From contig JAKANJ010000002.1 in assembly GCA_021823825.1 (NCBI GenBank), positions 1 to 33,408 of the forward strand: a DNA stretch of 33,408 nucleotides, written 5' to 3'. Below, one piece after another: positions 14,046 through 23,198 of the stretch (position 1 is the stretch's first letter; the number at the start of each line of letters is the position of its first letter). The position numbers were made by a program, and so were the translations under genes. The DNA is from a bacterium (lineage in GTDB: Bacteria > Patescibacteriota > Minisyncoccia > Phycocordibacterales > UBA1550). A model generated the notes under the pieces. The model searched no databases. It was not told where the DNA came from and saw nothing but the letters and a program-made list of their open reading frames with translations.

Positions 14046-15908
14046 ATGAACACAGATCGCAATAATTTTAGAAAAGCGTTTGCCTATGAAGCGGGCCTCA
14101 TGGCTCTTTTCCTTTCTGGTCTGGCAGCTCATTTTGTAGGAATCATCCCTCCTGAATCTGAAAAAATTGTTCTTGGTCTCATGGGTATTATTGGTCTCAT
14201 CCCCGTCGCACGCAGTGCGTGGCAGTCAATCTTACAGAAAAAAATTAATGTTGACCTGCTTGCGACTGTCGCGTTATTTTTCTCTTTCATCAGCGGAGAG
14301 TGGGTGTCAATGATTTTTATTAATCTCATGCTCACCTCGGCACGAGCGCTTGATCTCTATACGAAACGCCGCTCGCGCATTTCATTGGAAAGCCTTGCCA
14401 AAATGAAACCGTCGCAAGCGCGCATCGTAAAAGACGGGAAAATAGAACTTGTCCCCCTAACTAAAGTAAAGATCGGAGATTTTGTTTCAGTCAACCTTGG
14501 AGAGCAAATACCAACCGACGGCACAGTTGTAAAAGGCGAAGCGACCGTTGATCAATCATCCTTAACCGGTGAGTCTATGCCTGTTCTTCGAACAGTAAAT
14601 GACATGGTTCTTTCAGCGACGGTCATCTCATCAGGAAATCTTATCGTGCGAGCGGAGCGCATAGGCGATGAAACAACTTTCGAGCGCATGATAAAACTTG
14701 TAGAATCAGCACAAGAAGCAAAAACACGGATGAAAACGATGGCTGAACGCTTCGCCGCTTGGTATATCAGCCTTATGCTTATTGTTGCATTTGGACTTTT
14801 TGCAATAACGCGAGACGTTAAACTCGTCCTCTCTGTTGTTCTTGTTGTTTGTGCAGACGATATCGCTATCGCGATTCCCCTCGCCTACATAACAGGTATT
14901 GGCACTGCGGCGCGTCAAGGTATTATCGTAAAAGGGGCAGACTTTCTTGAGGGCTTCTCAAAGATAACGACACTTATTGTAGATAAAACAGGCACAGTTA
15001 CCCTTGGAAAACTAATCGTGAAAAATATGCAACCGCTTGGAGGGGTTGAGCGATCCAAAATACTTGAGCTTTCTGGTGTTGTTTGCAAAGGTTCAACTCA
15101 TCCAATTTCAAAAGCAATAGTTAAATTTGTTGAGCAACAAGACATTACGCTTGGAGACTCAGAAAGCTTCGAAGAAAAGGAGGGGCGCGGCATCCGTGGC
15201 TTTGTTGACGACACAGAGGTGCTCATTGGTCGCCTTGAGTTTATGAAAGAACATGGCATTTACCCATCAATAGAAGCGACAACGTCTATACAAAAAGAAG
15301 AGGAGGAGGCAAACAATGTAACTCTCGTTGCGGTGAACGGCACAATTGCAGGCATGTTTGCCCTTGCTGATGAAATGCGCGAGGATATTCATTCAACCAT
15401 TTCTATATTAAAGCAACAGGGTATCAAGGAAACAATAATGCTCACGGGCGACAATGAGATCGTCGCACGAACAGTAGCAAAAAATGCCGGAATTGATACT
15501 TACTACGCAGGGCTTCTTCCAGAAAATAAAGTTTCTATCCTGGCCAAATACCTTGGACCCCAAAAAACTGTTGCAATGGTGGGAGATGGCGTTAACGATG
15601 CAGCGGTTCTCGCAAGAGCAGATATCGGGATTGCTATGGGGGGAATTGGTTCCGACGCAGCGATTGAATCGGCCGATGTTGTCCTCATGCAAGATGATTT
15701 TAAAAAAATAATTGACTTACGAAATATTGCAAAAAACGTATTGAATGTTGCCAAAAGCAACTTCGTCATTTGGGCCGTAGTGAATACCATTGGACTTTTT
15801 TTGGTATTTACCGGTGTCCTTGATCCTCCAAAAGCTGCAGCTTTCAATTTTCTTACAGATTTTATTCCTATTGCAAACTCCCTGCGCCTTTTTTACTACA
15901 AAAAATAA
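14046..15908 (+). CDS. P-type ATPase, P1B-like, lacking an N-terminal metal-binding domain and the CPx motif
   Basis: 620 aa. TGES (SSLTGESMPV), DKTGT (Asp codon at 14982), the P1B-type HP motif (STHPISKAI), MLTGDN and GDGVNDAA are all present. The transmembrane position that normally holds CPC reads C-A-D-D (14850-14861). Confidence 0.9.
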   Translation: MNTDRNNFRKAFAYEAGLMALFLSGLAAHFVGIIPPESEKIVLGLMGIIGLIPVARSAWQSILQKKINVDLLATVALFFSFISGEWVSMIFINLMLTSARALDLYTKRRSRISLESLAKMKPSQARIVKDGKIELVPLTKVKIGDFVSVNLGEQIPTDGTVVKGEATVDQSSLTGESMPVLRTVNDMVLSATVISSGNLIVRAERIGDETTFERMIKLVESAQEAKTRMKTMAERFAAWYISLMLIVAFGLFAITRDVKLVLSVVLVVCADDIAIAIPLAYITGIGTAARQGIIVKGADFLEGFSKITTLIVDKTGTVTLGKLIVKNMQPLGGVERSKILELSGVVCKGSTHPISKAIVKFVEQQDITLGDSESFEEKEGRGIRGFVDDTEVLIGRLEFMKEHGIYPSIEATTSIQKEEEEANNVTLVAVNGTIAGMFALADEMREDIHSTISILKQQGIKETIMLTGDNEIVARTVAKNAGIDTYYAGLLPENKVSILAKYLGPQKTVAMVGDGVNDAAVLARADIGIAMGGIGSDAAIESADVVLMQDDFKKIIDLRNIAKNVLNVAKSNFVIWAVVNTIGLFLVFTGVLDPPKAAAFNFLTDFIPIANSLRLFYYKK

Positions 15909-15936
15909 TGTGGGAGTAATTTGATATCCAAAAAAT

Positions 15937-17856
15937 ATGATGAAGTTAAAACAATTTAAAAAGTTTGAAAAGGATATAAAAAATCTTCATTTGCTTCATT
16001 TTAACGGCAGTATTTTTATTATTTTGCTCATCGCATTATTGGTACATTATGTCGGTATAATTCCACCTCCAATTGATGCAAAGATCCTCATTTTAGTCGC
16101 AAGTATCGCAGTTGTACCAGTAGCTTGGCGTACCGTTATTGCTCTTAAGAAAAAAACCATAAGCATAGACCTTCTTGTTGTCGTAGCCCTTGTAGCTTCC
16201 CTTCTTGCAGGAGAATTTCCATCTGCAGTTATTATTGCGCTTATGCTTACTTCTGCAAGGATGCTAGCCATAACAACAGAAAACAAAGCGCGGCAAGCTA
16301 TCAAAAGTTTGCTCAAACTAAAGCCAAAACTGATACATATTAGAATTGGCGATGAGATAAAAGAAGTATCACCAGAGAATGTAAAAAAAGGTGATCTCGT
16401 TGTCGTTGAGCTAGACGAGCGTATTCCCGTTGATGGAGTAATTACTGAGGGTGATGCCACCGTCGACCAGTCGTCGCTAACGGGTGAATCCATACCTCTG
16501 CAGAAAAAAACGGGTGATTCGGTACTCAGCTCAACCTTTGTAGTATCTGGAAATATCACCATAAGAGCAGAAAGAGTCGGTAAGGAAACAACCCTGGAAA
16601 AGATTATTGATTTAGTTGAAAAAGCCGAAACAAATAAACCTGCAATTTCGATTTTTTCTGACAAGCTAGCCGTCTACTATACAATTACCGTTGTCGTTGC
16701 AACAGTTTTAATCTACCTATTTTCTCATAATCTTTCTCTCGTCCTTTCTGTAATTCTCATTGTTAGTGCCGAAGACATAGCCATCGCGATACCGCTCGCT
16801 TTTGTCGCTGCAATAGGCCATGCAGCAAAACGAGGGGCGATTATTAAAGGGGGCAACTATCTAGAGGGGTTAAAGAAAGTAAAAATACTTATTGTCGATA
16901 AAACGGGAACACTCACCAAGGGGAAACTAAAGGTTGACGATATTTTTATTTTTGGCGACTGGGAAAAAGAAAAAGTACTATCGCTTGCCGCAAGCATAGC
17001 ATGCGAATCAAACCACCCAACAGCAAAAGCCATACTGCAGTACACACAGGAGCATAACTGTAAATTTAAACAACCAGATAGACTAAAAGAAATAAGCGGT
17101 CAAGGGATAGAAGCATTTATTAATGATAAAAAAATTATTATTGGCAGATTAAGTTATTTGCAAGAAGAGCAGGTGTCAGTAACACCACATCAATTACGTG
17201 ATTTAGAAAGAGAAAAAGACAGGGGCCTTAATATTACAGCAGTTGGCTACGACGGAGAACTAATCGCATTTTTTGCACTTGCTGATGAAATTAAGCCTGG
17301 AACAAAAGAGGTCCTTACAGAGCTGAAACACCTGGGAGTTGAGAAAATAGTAATGCTTAGTGGGGATAATGAGAAAATAGCAGGACGCGTTGCAAGCATA
17401 GTAGGAATAACTGACTACCATGCTAATTTGCTTCCAGAAGATAAGATTACTTATCTTAAAAAATACATGAGTGCAAAATATAAAGTTATGGCTGCAGGTG
17501 ATGGTGTAAATGACGCAGCTCTACTAAGTGCAGCAGATATTGGGGTTGCGATGGGGGGAATTGGCGCCGACGCCACAGTAGAGTCTGCGGACATTGTCCT
17601 AATGCAAGACGACCTAGCTAAGCTGCCGGAACTAATTAAGCTAAGTAAGTTTACGCTTGGTGTCGTCTATCAGGATCTCGTCATTTGGGCGATCATAAAC
17701 AGCGCGGGGCTTATCCTTGTTTTTGCGGGGCTTCTTTTGCCAACTGGTGCTGCGGTATATAATTTTTTAGGTGATTTCCCTCCTCTAATTAACTCTATTA
17801 AGTTGCTTCGGCTTCGCAAAGGCGAGTATAAGCAGCCGTTGCTAACAAAAAGGTAG
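15937..17856 (+). CDS. P-type ATPase, P1B-like paralog of the upstream gene
   Basis: 639 aa with the same motif set: TGES, DKTGT, SNHPTAKAI, MLSGDN, GDGVNDAA. The CPx position reads S-A-E-D (16765-16776). It starts 28 nt after the first ATPase. Confidence 0.9.
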   Translation: MMKLKQFKKFEKDIKNLHLLHFNGSIFIILLIALLVHYVGIIPPPIDAKILILVASIAVVPVAWRTVIALKKKTISIDLLVVVALVASLLAGEFPSAVIIALMLTSARMLAITTENKARQAIKSLLKLKPKLIHIRIGDEIKEVSPENVKKGDLVVVELDERIPVDGVITEGDATVDQSSLTGESIPLQKKTGDSVLSSTFVVSGNITIRAERVGKETTLEKIIDLVEKAETNKPAISIFSDKLAVYYTITVVVATVLIYLFSHNLSLVLSVILIVSAEDIAIAIPLAFVAAIGHAAKRGAIIKGGNYLEGLKKVKILIVDKTGTLTKGKLKVDDIFIFGDWEKEKVLSLAASIACESNHPTAKAILQYTQEHNCKFKQPDRLKEISGQGIEAFINDKKIIIGRLSYLQEEQVSVTPHQLRDLEREKDRGLNITAVGYDGELIAFFALADEIKPGTKEVLTELKHLGVEKIVMLSGDNEKIAGRVASIVGITDYHANLLPEDKITYLKKYMSAKYKVMAAGDGVNDAALLSAADIGVAMGGIGADATVESADIVLMQDDLAKLPELIKLSKFTLGVVYQDLVIWAIINSAGLILVFAGLLLPTGAAVYNFLGDFPPLINSIKLLRLRKGEYKQPLLTKR

Positions 17857-17932
17857 GCACCGGTCAACGAAATCGCTACTAGCCCATGCTAGGCAAAAAA
17901 GTATGCCAGATGTATACTTTACTTAACATACT

Positions 17933-19585
17933 ATGAAAACAACAACTGAATTAAAAGCATCATTAAGGAATGTATTTAAGGGGGAGTTGCTAGACGATAG
18001 TAACTCAGTAACAAGGTGCGCAAACGATGCGAGTATTTTTGAATTCGTACCAATTCTTGTAGCAAAACCAAAAGATGCCGAGGACATTAAAACACTCGTA
18101 TCAACGCTAAACACACAAGAAGACCCAGCATCAAACTTGTCCATTACTGCGCGCGCTGCAGGAACAGGCATGGCAGGTGGTGCGCTTACAGAGTCCATAG
18201 TCCTTGATGTAATGAACCTCAATACAATTAAGTCCATTACTGACAGCACTGCAGTTGTCGAGCCAGGAGTATACTATCGAGACCTTGAAAAACAAACACT
18301 TGCGATAAATCGCATAATGCCTTCCTACCCTGCATCAAAAAACATATGCGCAGTTGGCGGAATGGTTAACACAAACGCTTCAGGAGAAAAGACTCTCATT
18401 TACGGTAGCACTGACCGCTATGTAAAGAAACTAAAAGTAGTGCTTTCAGACGGAAATGAATATACTTTTGAGCCTCTCAGCAAAAATGAGCTCGATGAGA
18501 AGATGAAACTAGAATCCTTTGAAGGAGAACTTTACAGAAGCATGTTCAACCTTCTTGATAAAAATTATGAGATGCTCCAGAAGGCACGACCCCAAGTTTC
18601 TAAAAATTCAACCGGTTATGCTCTTTGGAATATCTGGGACAAAGAGACCTTTGATTTTACAAAACTTTTTGTTGGGTCGGAGGGAACTCTTGGCATAACT
18701 ACCGAGATTACTTTTGACCTTGTTGAACCAAAACCAAAATCAAAACTTTTGGTCATTTTCGTAAAAGACCTTGCCCCCCTCCCCTCGCTTGTTCAAAAAG
18801 TTCTTGCTCACAAACCTGAAAGTTTTGAATCCTATGACGATAACACTTTCAAATTTGCAATTCGTTTTTTCCCGGACATCGTCAAATCAATGAAAACCGG
18901 CTTATTTTCACTTATGTATCGTTTTCTTCCGGAGTTTTCAATGATTATACGTGGAGGTGTTCCAAAACTTATTCTTCTCGCAGAATTTACCGGTACTGAT
19001 GACCAAGAAATTCTCGCACGTGCTGAAGCAGCACAAAAGGATATCGCATCATTTGGATTTGAAACAAAAATCTCAACAACAAAAGAGGACGCTGAAAAAT
19101 ACTGGACTATCCGTCGCGAAAGCTTCAACTTGCTTCGTCATCATGGCGGAAAGAAGAGAACAGTTCCTGTTTTTGACGATATTGTTGTAGACCCAAATAA
19201 ACTACCAGAGTTTCTTCCCCGCTTAACCGAGCTTATGGACGGATATAAACTTGTCTACACCATTGCAGGACATATTGGAGATGGTAATTTCCATATAATC
19301 CCCTTGATGGACCTTCGTAAAGCAAAAGAGCGAAGTATCGTTCTGGAATTAGCACAAAAAGTATTTGCGCTTGTCTTTGAATTTGGCGGTTCAATGTCAG
19401 GAGAACACAATGATGGAGTTGTTCGTACTCCGTTTTTAAGGCAAATGTATGGGGATGACGTATATCACCTTTTTGAAAAAACAAAAAATATTTTTGACCC
19501 TAAACATATATTTAACCCAGGTAAAAAAGTATTTGGGGGTGAGGACCTACAACGCCTGCAAGATCATATTGATAGAGTATACTAG
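17933..19585 (+). CDS. FAD-binding oxidoreductase (PCMH-type FAD_binding_4; GlcD / D-lactate dehydrogenase-like)
   Basis: 550 aa. P..VAKPKDAEDI...ITARAAGTGMAGGAL is the typical FAD-binding N-terminus. The C-terminal GHIGDGNFH...GGSMSGEHNDG matches the FAD-linked oxidase C-terminal domain. Confidence 0.85.
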   Translation: MKTTTELKASLRNVFKGELLDDSNSVTRCANDASIFEFVPILVAKPKDAEDIKTLVSTLNTQEDPASNLSITARAAGTGMAGGALTESIVLDVMNLNTIKSITDSTAVVEPGVYYRDLEKQTLAINRIMPSYPASKNICAVGGMVNTNASGEKTLIYGSTDRYVKKLKVVLSDGNEYTFEPLSKNELDEKMKLESFEGELYRSMFNLLDKNYEMLQKARPQVSKNSTGYALWNIWDKETFDFTKLFVGSEGTLGITTEITFDLVEPKPKSKLLVIFVKDLAPLPSLVQKVLAHKPESFESYDDNTFKFAIRFFPDIVKSMKTGLFSLMYRFLPEFSMIIRGGVPKLILLAEFTGTDDQEILARAEAAQKDIASFGFETKISTTKEDAEKYWTIRRESFNLLRHHGGKKRTVPVFDDIVVDPNKLPEFLPRLTELMDGYKLVYTIAGHIGDGNFHIIPLMDLRKAKERSIVLELAQKVFALVFEFGGSMSGEHNDGVVRTPFLRQMYGDDVYHLFEKTKNIFDPKHIFNPGKKVFGGEDLQRLQDHIDRVY

Positions 19586-19592
19586 AGTAATA

Positions 19593-19631
19593 AAAAAGGT
19601 CCGACCTTTCGCAAAAGGTCGGACCTTTTTT
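19593..19631. terminator. Strong bidirectional intrinsic terminator
   Basis: GGTCCGACCTTT-CGCA-AAAGGTCGGACC is a perfect 12-bp stem, flanked by an A-tract upstream and a T-tract downstream. It lies between convergent genes. Confidence 0.85.
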
Positions 19632-19633
19632 AT

Positions 19634-20434
19634 TTATGACCGTTTAGAGAAAACGAGACTAATAAGAAATATGCACAAAGCAACAAGAACAATGGCACCT
19701 CCAGAGGCTAGGTTAAAATAGTATGAAGCAAAAAGTCCGATAATAACAGAACATAATGAAAATGCTACCGCGAAAATCATTGTCGTTCGAAACCCCTTTC
19801 CTAATTGCATTGCCGATATCACTGGGATAACCATAAGCGCTCCTATCAAAAGTACACCCACAATGCGGATAGATAAAGCAACGGAAACTGCAGCAAGTAC
19901 AACAATAGCAATATTGAGAACTTTCACAGGTAGTCCATTTGCCTGTGCAAGTTCTGCATCAAATGATGTAAAGAATAGTTCTTTGAAAAGCAACACGATT
20001 GCAAGAAATACCGTAATCGCAAGAACTAAGGTAACCCAAAGATCTGACGTTGATACCGTTGAGATGCTTCCAAATAGATAGCTAAAAAGGTTCGCGTTAA
20101 ACCCTTTTGCTAAAGATATTATCACCACAGCAACAGCAAGCGAGCCAGAAAGGAATAGTGCAAGAACCGACTCCCCAAAAATTTTACGGCCATTTTGAAG
20201 CGACTCAATACCAAACGCCGCAAGGACAGAAAGTATAATTGCAGAAATGATTGGATTTATTTGGAGGAACAACCCCACCGCAACACCAGCAAACGAGACG
20301 TGCGCAAGTGTATCAGCCATAAGAGAATAACGACGGACAACAAGGAACATTCCGATTAACGGAGCAATGATGCCGATAGCGATACCGGCCTCAAATGCAC
20401 GAAGCATAAAATCATATTGGAATATATCAAGCAT
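19634..20434 (-). CDS. Metal ABC transporter permease (ABC-3 / ZnuB-MntB-like)
   Basis: Polytopic protein. MLDIFQYDFMLRAFEAG...ADTLAHVSFAGVA is typical of ABC-3 permeases. I prefer the ATG at 20434, which overlaps the upstream ATPase stop by 8 nt, over the 20506 start in the track. Confidence 0.85.
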   Translation of the reverse strand: MLDIFQYDFMLRAFEAGIAIGIIAPLIGMFLVVRRYSLMADTLAHVSFAGVAVGLFLQINPIISAIILSVLAAFGIESLQNGRKIFGESVLALFLSGSLAVAVVIISLAKGFNANLFSYLFGSISTVSTSDLWVTLVLAITVFLAIVLLFKELFFTSFDAELAQANGLPVKVLNIAIVVLAAVSVALSIRIVGVLLIGALMVIPVISAMQLGKGFRTTMIFAVAFSLCSVIIGLFASYYFNLASGGAIVLVALCIFLISLVFSKRS

Positions 20435-21209
20435 GGTGGTGGTGTTGGTGATTAATTGGTTCACTTCGCAAATGGTCCCCATAAAGATGCTCCAAGAGAT
20501 GTTCATTTACTATATCTCCTGGGAATCCATGGCACACAAGCTCATGGTTTAAACACAGTACTGTCTTTGCTTCTCGAGATATTGTTTCTACGTCGTGAGA
20601 AATAAAAATAATAGTTAAGTGATGATCACGATTAAGCGAGTTTAAGAATTCATAAAATGTCTTCTGCGCTCCAATATCTACCCCGACAGTCGGTTCATCA
20701 AGAATAAGAACTTCAGGATTGCTGGTAAGAGCTCGCGCTATAAAAACTCGTTGACGCTCACCTCCTGAAAGATTGCCAACGAGTGTATTGCGATACCTTG
20801 CGACACCCGTAAGATCCATCGCTTTTTCTACTGCTTCAATATCATCTTTCGTAAATCGATTTAAAAATCCTCGTTTTGCGATTCTGCCGCTACGCACAAC
20901 CTCAAAAACGGTAGCTGGAAAACTTTTATCAGCTTGAGTAACCCGCTGAGGAACGTAACCAATGCGATATTTCTCTTTAAAATCATAGCTATCCTTGCCG
21001 AACAGTTCTATTGTGCCGTTTGTGGGGCGTAATAGCCCAAGAATGATTTTGATAAGCGTCGTTTTACCACCGCCATTTGGGCCTATAATCCCAAGATAAT
21101 CGCCCTTGTTAACCGAAAAAGTAAGGTTTTCAAGAACCGGACTTTCGGACTGGTATGAAAAGCTTACATTATCAAGTTTAATATCTGGTTTTTCTGTTTT
21201 CTCAGTCAT
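20427..21209 (-). CDS. Metal ABC transporter ATP-binding protein (ZnuC-like) with a C-terminal His-rich tail
   Basis: Walker A GPNGGGKTT, signature LSGGERQR and Walker B LILDEP are present. The C-terminus ends INHQHHHHA, with a TGA stop. Confidence 0.9.
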   Translation of the reverse strand: MTEKTEKPDIKLDNVSFSYQSESPVLENLTFSVNKGDYLGIIGPNGGGKTTLIKIILGLLRPTNGTIELFGKDSYDFKEKYRIGYVPQRVTQADKSFPATVFEVVRSGRIAKRGFLNRFTKDDIEAVEKAMDLTGVARYRNTLVGNLSGGERQRVFIARALTSNPEVLILDEPTVGVDIGAQKTFYEFLNSLNRDHHLTIIFISHDVETISREAKTVLCLNHELVCHGFPGDIVNEHLLEHLYGDHLRSEPINHQHHHHA

Positions 21210-21214
21210 AATAA

Positions 21215-21232
21215 ATATACTTCATAGTATAT
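21215..21232. promoter_or_regulatory. Operator-like palindrome overlapping the ABC-operon promoter
   Basis: ATATACT-TCAT-AGTATAT has perfect 7-bp arms. It sits 6 nt upstream of the ATPase ATG and overlaps the -10 candidates TATACT and TATATT on the minus strand. Confidence 0.3.
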
Positions 21233-21257
21233 CATACCTGTCTAGTCCCTGGCACAT

Positions 21258-21833
21258 TTAATACTTTTCAATAGCGGTAAGAATTGCGTCTCTCCCCGCC
21301 TTTGTCCTCGCAGAATATGGTAGCGGACGTACCCCAAGAGCAGCTTCAATTGCTTTTAGATTATGCGATCGCTCTGTTTGGTTCAAGCGATCAATTTTAT
21401 TTGCAACAACAATAAAATTAATACCCTCTGCTCGCAAAATATCAATCATTTCTTTATCGTGGGCCATTGGGGCTACACATGCATCAACAATCAAAACTAC
21501 AAGACTAACGGGTGCCTCGCCGCTCCCCAGGTACCAGAGAATCAACTTCCTAATTTTTTCTGCTCCCGCAACGGCAATTCGTGCGAAACCATAGCCAGGA
21601 AGGTCAACAAAATAAATAGCTTTATTAACTAAAAAAAAATTAATTTCACGCGTTTTTCCTGGTTGCGCGCTTGATTTTACAAGGTCTTTGCGTAAAAGAA
21701 GTGAGTTAATCACACTCGATTTACCAACATTGGATCGACCGACAAATGCAATCTGCGGATATGTATCCTTCAAAATGGGGTCAGTACCGATAATACCCTT
21801 TACAAAATCAGCACTTGTTATATTCATTGCCAT
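21258..21833 (-). CDS. engB: Ribosome biogenesis GTPase EngB/YsxC/YihA
   Basis: IAFVGRSNVGKSSVINSLL (G1), DLPGYGFA (G3) and ANKIDR (G4) are present. I prefer the ATG at 21833 over the TTG at 21854. Confidence 0.85.
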   Translation of the reverse strand: MAMNITSADFVKGIIGTDPILKDTYPQIAFVGRSNVGKSSVINSLLLRKDLVKSSAQPGKTREINFFLVNKAIYFVDLPGYGFARIAVAGAEKIRKLILWYLGSGEAPVSLVVLIVDACVAPMAHDKEMIDILRAEGINFIVVANKIDRLNQTERSHNLKAIEAALGVRPLPYSARTKAGRDAILTAIEKY

Positions 21834-21934
21834 ATTGAACCACAAAATGAACAAATAATGAAGTGAGCAGATTCTGCTCTTGAAAACCCGAAATTAATGT
21901 TATACTAGGGGAACTTAATAATAATATTAATAAT

Positions 21935-22669
21935 ATGGACGAAGAAAAAAATACAACTGAAGTAAACACAAAAAATAAATCAGTACCAATGCAGAACTTT
22001 GCCATCCCCCTTGCAATTGTTATTGCTGGCCTTGCAATCGCTGGTGCGGTGCTCTTTGGCGGAAAGAGTAATAACGCCCCCTCGGCGCCTACTGCTGCTT
22101 CAAATCAACCAGCGCAGATCGTTGTTGACCCCGTAACATCAGCAGACCATATTTTGGGTTCAAACCCTGCAGCAAAAGTAGTCATCGTGGAATACTCTGA
22201 CACCGAATGTCCCTTCTGTAAGTTATTTAGCCCAACACTCGCCCGTATCATGGATGAATATGGACCAACAGGAAAAGTTGCCCTCGTTTACCGACACTTC
22301 CCTATTCACTCAAAATCTACCAACGAGGCAGAGGCAACAGAGTGTGCAAATAAACTTGGCGGAAATACTATTTTTTGGCAATACCTCACAAAGATTTTTG
22401 ACATAACTCCAGCAAACGATGGACTTGACCCAGCGGAATTACCAAAGATTGCAACGTCCCTCGGTCTAGACGAAACGGCCTTTAACACTTGCCTTAGTAG
22501 CGGAGAGATGAAGCCAATTGTAGACAAAGATCAGCAAAGCGGACTAAAGGCAGGCCTTCAGGGAACACCCTATTCTATAATTCTTGTAGACGGGAAAGTG
22601 GCTGGTACGATTGACGGCGCTCAACCTTACGATGTTGTTAAGGCTCAAATTGACCAACTTCTAAAATAA
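21935..22669 (+). CDS. Membrane-anchored DsbA-family thiol:disulfide oxidoreductase
   Basis: It has an N-terminal TM helix. The thioredoxin-fold active site reads EYSDTECPFCKLF, and the GTPYSIILV cis-Pro loop context is present. Confidence 0.8.
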   Translation: MDEEKNTTEVNTKNKSVPMQNFAIPLAIVIAGLAIAGAVLFGGKSNNAPSAPTAASNQPAQIVVDPVTSADHILGSNPAAKVVIVEYSDTECPFCKLFSPTLARIMDEYGPTGKVALVYRHFPIHSKSTNEAEATECANKLGGNTIFWQYLTKIFDITPANDGLDPAELPKIATSLGLDETAFNTCLSSGEMKPIVDKDQQSGLKAGLQGTPYSIILVDGKVAGTIDGAQPYDVVKAQIDQLLK

Positions 22670-22679
22670 GTTTCACTTA

Positions 22680-22716
22680 AAAAAGCACAACCTTCTTCGG
22701 AGGTTGTGCTTTTTTA
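22680..22716 (+). terminator. Intrinsic terminator after the DsbA-like gene
   Basis: AGCACAACCT-TCTTCGG-AGGTTGTGCT (10-bp stem) followed by TTTTTTATT. Confidence 0.85.
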
Positions 22717-22722
22717 TTAAAA

Positions 22723-22751
22723 TTGACAATTACCCTTCGTGGGTATTTAAT
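22723..22751 (+). promoter_or_regulatory. Candidate sigma-70 promoter for the PHPT1-like gene
   Basis: TTGACA (22723-22728), with TATTTA or TTTAAT 15-17 nt downstream. The exact -10 box is ambiguous. Confidence 0.4.
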
Positions 22752-22810
22752 TCAAGGAACCAGGTAATTGGATCCGCTCGTGTTCTTTATAATTGAGAAA
22801 GGAGGAGGCG

Positions 22811-23197
22811 GTGCTGCCACAGGACCTATTAGCAAGCGTTCCAGACGTTATAGTTGACACCCCAAACGGTGAAAAGTTCATCGTTGCCGAGGTACGCATT
22901 AACGATCACAAAAAATTGGTTATTAGGGCTTTGAGCAAGTGCAAGTACCACTTTGATATCGAGAATAAGTTGAGAGCCGAAGTTCGTCCCCTTGGCTTGA
23001 TGGCCTGGTGCGTGGGGGGCGGAAAGTACCGCATTGACAGCAACCAAAAAACCATACTTATCTGGAGCGAGAGTGGTGAGTTTGGGAGAGAACCTGATCG
23101 CAACAAAACCGTTGAAATGCTGCAACAAGCATTTCCTGAATTCGTTGTCATCGCACCAGACAACCTGACCGCACTTTCTATGGACTTAGAACTGTAG
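22811..23197 (+). CDS. Janus/Ocnus-family (PHPT1-like) putative phosphohistidine phosphatase
   Basis: 128 aa from the GTG at 22811, which is preceded by AAGGAGGAGG; the TTG at 22793 in the track lies inside that SD. Against my recalled human PHPT1 sequence: [23 protein letters not shown] vs [33 protein letters not shown] vs EYHADIYDKV (catalytic His context); WCVGGGKY vs [25 protein letters not shown] vs KKIHVYGYSMAYGPAQH; FPEFVV vs YPDYEV. The lengths are similar (128 vs about 125 aa). Confidence 0.6.
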   Translation: [128 protein letters not shown]

Positions 23198-23198
23198 C

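Noticed and set aside
20435-20506. Longer start for the ABC permease.
   Set aside because: It would overlap the ATPase gene by 80 nt. The ATG at 20434 gives a typical 8-nt translational-coupling overlap and the canonical family N-terminus.
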